Source: Podarcis gaigeae (lineage: Eukaryota). Taken from it: a stretch of DNA of 64,000 nt. Below the pieces are notes generated by a model. It made no database searches. It saw only the letters and a program-made list of their open reading frames with translations, and was not told the DNA's origin. The stretch lies in NCBI GenBank assembly GCA_964106915.2, contig OZ066922.1. One strand, written 5' to 3'. The stretch's first letter is position 1. Every line of letters begins with the position of its first letter. This document shows positions 60,897 through 64,000 of the stretch, piece by piece. Position numbers and translations under genes: made by a program.

Positions 60897-61030
60897 AACA
60901 CAAGAATGTGAGAAACGCCCTGCTGAATAAGACTAAAGGCCCATCTAGTCTAGCTTTTCGTTCTCATAATGGCCGACCAGATGCCCACGGAAAGCCCAAT
61001 AAGCAGAAATGAGCGCAATAGCACTCCTGG
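60897..61030 (-). mobile_element. CR1-type 3' end (reverse)
   Basis: aagaatgtgagaaacgccctgctgaataagactaaaggcccatctagtctagc...atggccgaccagatgcc. Confidence 0.65.
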
Positions 61031-62097
61031 TGCCATTTTTGTTAAAACGAAAATAAGAAATAAGCCTAAAATCTAAGGTTGGCATATTTCCCCCCCCCTA
61101 GCACTATATTCTGGTTTTGAAAGAATCAGAGAATGAAGGGACAATTTGAGGTTGCTTTCTCCATTATTAATTCTTCTTCACAAACAGAACTTCAATTCCA
61201 CATTAATACTTGGAGCAGATGGTTAACACCACTCTGTGTTAGTCTGTTCTGACACTTTTCAATAAAGGCAGGTGCCAAATGCTACACTTTGATATAGATA
61301 TGACCTCTGGGAATGATTGTTCTTTTCATCACTTGCTCAAGAGCAGAAAAGAGTGGTGTCAATGGTTTGACCTAGTTTATGGCTCTTTATTTATTTATTT
61401 AAAAGGTGCCTTTCCAATTGGAAACTCTGATTTAAAATAATTTACAGGCTTGCACAGGTTTCAGAAATTACTTAAATCAGTATGTGTATCAATCTCCTAT
61501 CCTAAATAACAGCATATATGGAAAACACAGGGTCAGTATACTACTTTAGATCCATTGCCCCATAATACCTTGAACATCTGTGTTGCTCCCAAACTTATGG
61601 GGAAGCAGGCTAAGCTGAAGGCTGAATCGAAATGGAAGCATTAGAAGATATATTGGGAATTCACACAGAGACTGAAGAATGTGTTTGTTTACTACTTACA
61701 TGGGGTAGATGTTAAGGCAGGTGCTTCAGATTACAATTTATATGCTTTGGGGGTCATGACTAAATTTGTAAGTGTCGAAATTATTCTCTTCAACCAAAGT
61801 GTTGTGCTTTTTAGCATTACTGTCAAAAGTAAAGTCTAATTTCAGAAGCAACATTTCAAAATGTTCATCATTCCAACACTGGCATTCAAATTTTAAAATT
61901 ATATTTACATTTTTAAAAATTAAACTTAAAAATTGATGCAAAGTTTCACTTTGTCTCTGGTCTGTGCCAGTTCTTTGGATGGGTGTCCATCTCATACCTC
62001 ACCAGTCTTGTTACATTCTGATCTAAGAATGCACTTTGAATATTCTCCCCTCCCCCTTATTATTTTTCAACCATTTATATCTGACACTTCAGTATAC

Positions 62098-62144
62098 AAA
62101 AAAAGAAAGAAAAGAAAAGAAAAGAAAAGAAAAGAAAAGAAAAG
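62098..62144. repeat. (AAAAG)n microsatellite
   Basis: Read directly from the sequence. Confidence 0.92.
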
Positions 62145-62169
62145 ATTCCCAAGGTGGACAGACATAAAA

Positions 62170-62490
62170 CAAAACCAGTAAAACAGTAATTACATCACAG
62201 ATTGAAAGACGGAGGGAAAGAAATATTTGCCATGGTCAAAAAGACAGTGAGCTTTGTTGTGGAGAACATTCCACAAATGGGGCATCACATTCGAGAAGGC
62301 ATTTCCCACAAACACGGTGCCTGCCTTGGTTCAGATAGCACAGCCACCTGGATCAAGGTTGAGGAACCATAGGCACAGAGACCAAATGTGCCCCCTTTAC
62401 TTCTCTGTCCAGATGAAAAAGGTTACCTACAGCTGTCAGAGATGATTGAAGTGTTCAGAACAGGTGATTCTTCAGGTACCCAAGCTGTGC
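62170..62490 (-). mobile_element. Old L2 fragment
   Basis: agaacattccacaaatggggcatcacattcgagaaggc...ttcttcaggtacccaagctgtg, similar to 59830-60000. Confidence 0.5.
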
Positions 62491-62775
62491 TTTTATTATT
62501 TATGTCTAGTCACCTAGATCGTGACCTAAAACATATGTGATTTGAAGGTAGCATTTTGAATTTGTGCCTATAAATACACTGGAATCTAGTAAACATCCAT
62601 GTACATACACACAGAGAGAAACACACACATACATACATAAACTAAAATGGTTCATACACTAAATACACAACAATACTTATTAAAAAATATAATCACAGTA
62701 AGAACTAAAAACATCCTAACTAAGGGCACCATGCCCAGGAAAAGCTCCTTATTGAATGGGCAGGGTCATGTAGTC

Positions 62776-62851
62776 ATAATAATAATTTTATAATAATTTT
62801 ATAATAATTTTATAATTTATTTATACCCTGCCCATCTGGCTGGGTTTCCAG
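62776..62851 (-). mobile_element. L2 extreme 3' end with AT-rich tail
   Basis: tttataccctgcccatctggctgggtttcc is the reverse complement of the 19050-19080 L2 end. Confidence 0.75.
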
Positions 62852-63784
62852 GTGGAGACATTCCTTTAGACAGACGGTCTCAAGTTTTTAAGGCCTCTAA
62901 AGTTCACCCCCAGCCTTTTGAACTCTACCAAAGCTTTTCCTTGTATTCTGTTTCCTCTGTCCCTAAAAAAGATTTTGCTTTGTGCAGACACCTTTATTTT
63001 CTTGTGCATGTGTCAGAATCAATGTATATGCTTCCAGCAAGACTCTAAATACTGTTTGTTTTCACCTGGAGACTGGATGATTTCTAGTGGGTGAGTTGAT
63101 GTGTATGGAGTGGGCTGATTCTGTAAAATGAACCCAGGTTGCTTAGCTCATACAGTATTAATCTGTGCCCCCAAATGACAAAACATTTCAGCTGTCAGCC
63201 TCCAGAAGCATTGTAGATGTTATCTGTAAGGTTTTCAAAGGGGACTCGTAGGTTTTCTTTGTGGCCCGGTTAACAACAATAGAGATATTTACAGTTCATT
63301 TCCTATTCTACTCTTGTGCATTACAAAAGCCTCCTCAGATCTGTTGCTAATATATTCCGAAGTCACTTTGGCAGAGAAGTGCAAAGAAAACCCGCTGTCA
63401 CCTTTCAGAACTTGCCAAGCCTTGAAAGGCAGGAGACTTTTCTATTCCAAACATCTTCCACAGTGATTTATGTCAGTGAAAGAGAGATGTTAATGTTTTC
63501 AAGCTTCCGGTGTAAATCTGAACATACTTATTGCACAACAGAGAAACCTCTCATTTGAGGATCTTTTCATCTTAAGATTTGGGGCCCTTTGCCTCTAGTG
63601 AAGAAGATAAGTAGACGTCCTGTGAATTAGGAAAACTGAATTATATTTGGGTGGTTATTCCCCTGAATTTCACATTACTGCCTGGGTATATTATTGCCTG
63701 GGTATATGGGAAGACACACCTCTGAGACTGGCACCATAATGATGGCAGTTGGTATTCCCAATATAGCTAAATAATTCTCTCTTT

Positions 63785-63806
63785 ATATATATATATATAT
63801 ATATAT
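63785..63806. repeat. (AT)11 microsatellite
   Basis: Read directly from the sequence. Confidence 0.9.
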
Positions 63807-64000
63807 CTGATCAAGAGATGAATAAAATCATTAAAAGAGATATATCATTCAGTGGAATCAAAATTTATCCATGTATAAAGAAATCTGACACCCAAGCGAC
63901 TGTATAAAATTGATCAGTTTGTGGACTCATTCAACATCTCCCTCCAAAAGGGGAGATTTATTGATGTACAATGCAAACAAAGCCTGCAAGGAATCAAGGT

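Noticed and set aside
164-63558. ORF-track entries as host protein-coding genes
   Set aside because: All are short. The only recognisable proteins are retroelement-derived (Bov-B, L1), and no chain of spliced exons or known host domain could be supported.

Overview
AT-rich, CpG-depleted vertebrate nuclear DNA with no recognisable host protein-coding exon, RNA gene or CRISPR array. The repeat content identifies it as a squamate reptile, most likely a lacertid lizard: Bov-B LINE pieces, four Sauria (Squam1) SINEs with (ACCTTT)n tails, L2/CR1/L1/RTE-like LINE fossils, and hAT, Tc1/mariner and Harbinger-like MITEs. It reads as a large intron or gene desert with several repeat-free, enhancer-like blocks. 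Highlights: (1) two diverged solo LTRs (31317-31751 and 48056-49772) whose U3 regions carry a reading frame starting at LTR nucleotide 2, encoding a GEGxS motif, a Gly/Glu-rich linker and a P-x-[ST]-P plus Arg-rich segment, which suggests an LTR-encoded C-terminal tail of a Gypsy-type pol protein; (2) a three-level nest of solo LTRs, each with a perfect 5-bp TSD, plus a 6-bp-TSD DNA element, at 48.05-49.78 kb; (3) visible covariation in the 3' stem-loop shared by Bov-B and Sauria SINE copies; (4) several young, TSD-flanked insertions. Family names come from recall of motifs, not database searches. Boundaries without TSDs are approximate.
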